Assembly: GCA_963667765.2 (NCBI GenBank) | Contig: CAXXON010000001.1 | Location: 1,151,722 to 1,215,721 of the forward strand | DNA length: 64,000 bases | DNA from: Dehalococcoidia bacterium | GTDB taxonomy: Bacteria > Chloroflexota > Dehalococcoidia > Lucifugimonadales > UBA3495 | Direction of reading: 5' to 3' | Shown here: positions 62,635 to 64,000 of the stretch, in pieces | Numbering within the stretch: position 1 is the stretch's first letter | Layout of the letters: each line of letters begins with the position of its first letter | Program-made: the position numbers and the translations under genes | The notes under the pieces: model-generated | Databases searched by the model: none | What the model was told of the DNA's origin: nothing | Seen by the model: only the letters and a program-made list of their open reading frames with translations

Positions 62635-64000
62635 TCAGCCCTCCTCCGTCGTCGTGTTCTGGCGGTCAATCAGCAGTTGGCGGTAGGGGCTGAGGTCCTC
62701 ACCCTCGGCTTCACCGCCGCCGTCGCCGGCTTCGCCGCCAGCATCGGACTCCTCACCGTCCGGCTGCGCCCCGCCGGTGGGCGGCTGGAAGTGCTTGCTG
62801 CGCTGCCCGTCCCGTCCCAGGTTCTTGGGCGCTGGCTGCTGCTTCGGGTCCGGCGGGTTCTGGCTCTGGCGGATGCGCTCCACCTCGCGGCGGTACTCGT
62901 GAACCCGCTGGCGGCCCCGCTCCTGCTGGGCGGCGATCTCCGCCTGAGGCGTGACGTAGGCCGCGGCGTCGGCGCGGATGCGGTGGGCAACGGCCAGACT
63001 GCCCGGCTCGGGCTTGCGCACCATCATGGAGAAGGGCGGCATCCGCTCGGCGCCGACGGTGGCGCGCACGTAGCAGTGGTGAACGTCCAGGGACACTATG
63101 TCGTCCTCGGACACCTGGTCCTTGCCCAGCTCCCACACCAGCTGCCTTGCGTCGCTGCCCGCCACCTGGAACACCGCCAGGCAGCCCACGTTGGCCAGGA
63201 CGGTGTCGCGCATGGTGCGGGACAGGTCCTCCAACTTGGCCAGGCTCTGGGTGGCCAGGATGAAACTGGCGCCGAACTTCCCCAGCTCGGACAGCATGGA
63301 CTCGTAATCGACGCCGGGCATGGACTGCATCTCGTCCACCACCACCAGGGCGCCCCTTCGTTCCTCGGGCGGCAGGGCGCCCTGCTCCCGGATCACCGCG
63401 TCCACCAGGTTGAGCAATGACGCGCCCACCAGGGCGGCCACGTCCCGGCCAACAACGCCCTGGGCGGTGGACACCAGCAGCACGCCGCCCTCCCGGATGG
63501 TCTGGCGCAGGTCGATGGTGGAGCGGGGCTGGCCGATGATGGCCCGGGCCGTCTCCGAGGAGGCGTAGTAGGAGAGGCGGGTCTGCACCGGGGCCAGGGC
63601 GTCGCCCTGGTAGTCCCTCCGCCAGCTGGCGAAGTCCCTACCCCACCACTCCAGGATGTAGGGGTCGGAGACCCGGGTGAGTACGCCGGTGCGGTAGTTG
63701 TCGTCGGCCAGGAGGGACAGCCCGTCCAGGAGGGTGAACTGCTCGTCATCGGCGGTGGCCGGGTGGCGATTGGCCTCGTGGAGGCTTTTGACGGTGTGTT
63801 CCAGGATGGACTGCATCCGGGGACCCCACTGCTCCCACAGGCCGTGGGCGATGCGCACGACGGAATCGGCGGTGCGGTCGCGGTCGGCGAAGACGCGGGC
63901 GTCCAGCAGGTTGATGCCGGGGTAGCCCCGGGGGTCGGCCAGGTCGATGAGCTTCACCCGGTCGGCGATGGACTCGGGGACCTGCTCCAGCAGTCCGGCC
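62635..64000 (-). CDS. conjugative coupling-protein-like ATPase (TraD/TraG/VirD4-type), 5'-partial at window edge
   Basis: VVDEMQSMPGVDYESMLSELGKFGASFILATQSLAKLEDLS is the Walker B/sensor region typical of T4CP-type ATPases. The frame stays open upstream of the GTG at 63957 through to position 64000. Confidence 0.6.
   Translation of the reverse strand, partial: AGLLEQVPESIADRVKLIDLADPRGYPGINLLDARVFADRDRTADSVVRIAHGLWEQWGPRMQSILEHTVKSLHEANRHPATADDEQFTLLDGLSLLADDNYRTGVLTRVSDPYILEWWGRDFASWRRDYQGDALAPVQTRLSYYASSETARAIIGQPRSTIDLRQTIREGGVLLVSTAQGVVGRDVAALVGASLLNLVDAVIREQGALPPEERRGALVVVDEMQSMPGVDYESMLSELGKFGASFILATQSLAKLEDLSRTMRDTVLANVGCLAVFQVAGSDARQLVWELGKDQVSEDDIVSLDVHHCYVRATVGAERMPPFSMMVRKPEPGSLAVAHRIRADAAAYVTPQAEIAAQQERGRQRVHEYRREVERIRQSQNPPDPKQQPAPKNLGRDGQRSKHFQPPTGGAQPDGEESDAGGEAGDGGGEAEGEDLSPYRQLLIDRQNTTTEEG

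Overview
High-GC bacterial window; the lineage cannot be determined without a database search. It is almost entirely accessory DNA: integrated elements and their debris packed around a complete type I-G (formerly I-U, Csb3 variant) CRISPR-Cas locus. Order from left to right follows. (1) A small excisionase-like HTH gene and an IS21 (istAB, 601-3150). (2) A low-GC module with a pentapeptide-repeat/FRG-domain protein, an RHH protein and a large serine recombinase (LSR, rec1). (3) A second LSR (rec2) converging on rec1, so the two 3' ends overlap on opposite strands exactly at an imperfect palindrome. (4) A translationally coupled 5-gene operon (9.9-15.3 kb) with a BrxD-like P-loop ATPase, a degenerate paralog, an SNF2 helicase and two unknown proteins. 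This is my best candidate for an undescribed defence or DNA-processing system. (5) IS debris, two lipoproteins, and a truncated RHH-LSR module followed by a replication-relaxation gene. (6) A few ordinary genes (solute-binding protein, GYD protein, receiver domain). (7) Another patch of small mobile-element genes, iteron-like repeats and IS fragments (28.4-38.8 kb). (8) vapBC, a 39-repeat CRISPR array (39660-42459), then cas2, cas4-cas1, csb3, cas3, csb2 and csb1 on the minus strand. (9) A divergent one-spacer mini-array beside the predicted cas promoter. (10) A third RHH-LSR module opening an ICE/IME-like element (52.3 kb to the window end). It carries an ImmA/XRE-like pair, five small HTH genes, a HEPN pair, a second replication-relaxation gene and a partial coupling-protein ATPase. 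No rRNA or tRNA gene was found. All family names come from motif recognition by eye on the ORF track plus my own translations of short ORFs. No database search or computation was possible. Many long ORFs in the track are antisense artefacts of high-GC coding regions and are not listed.
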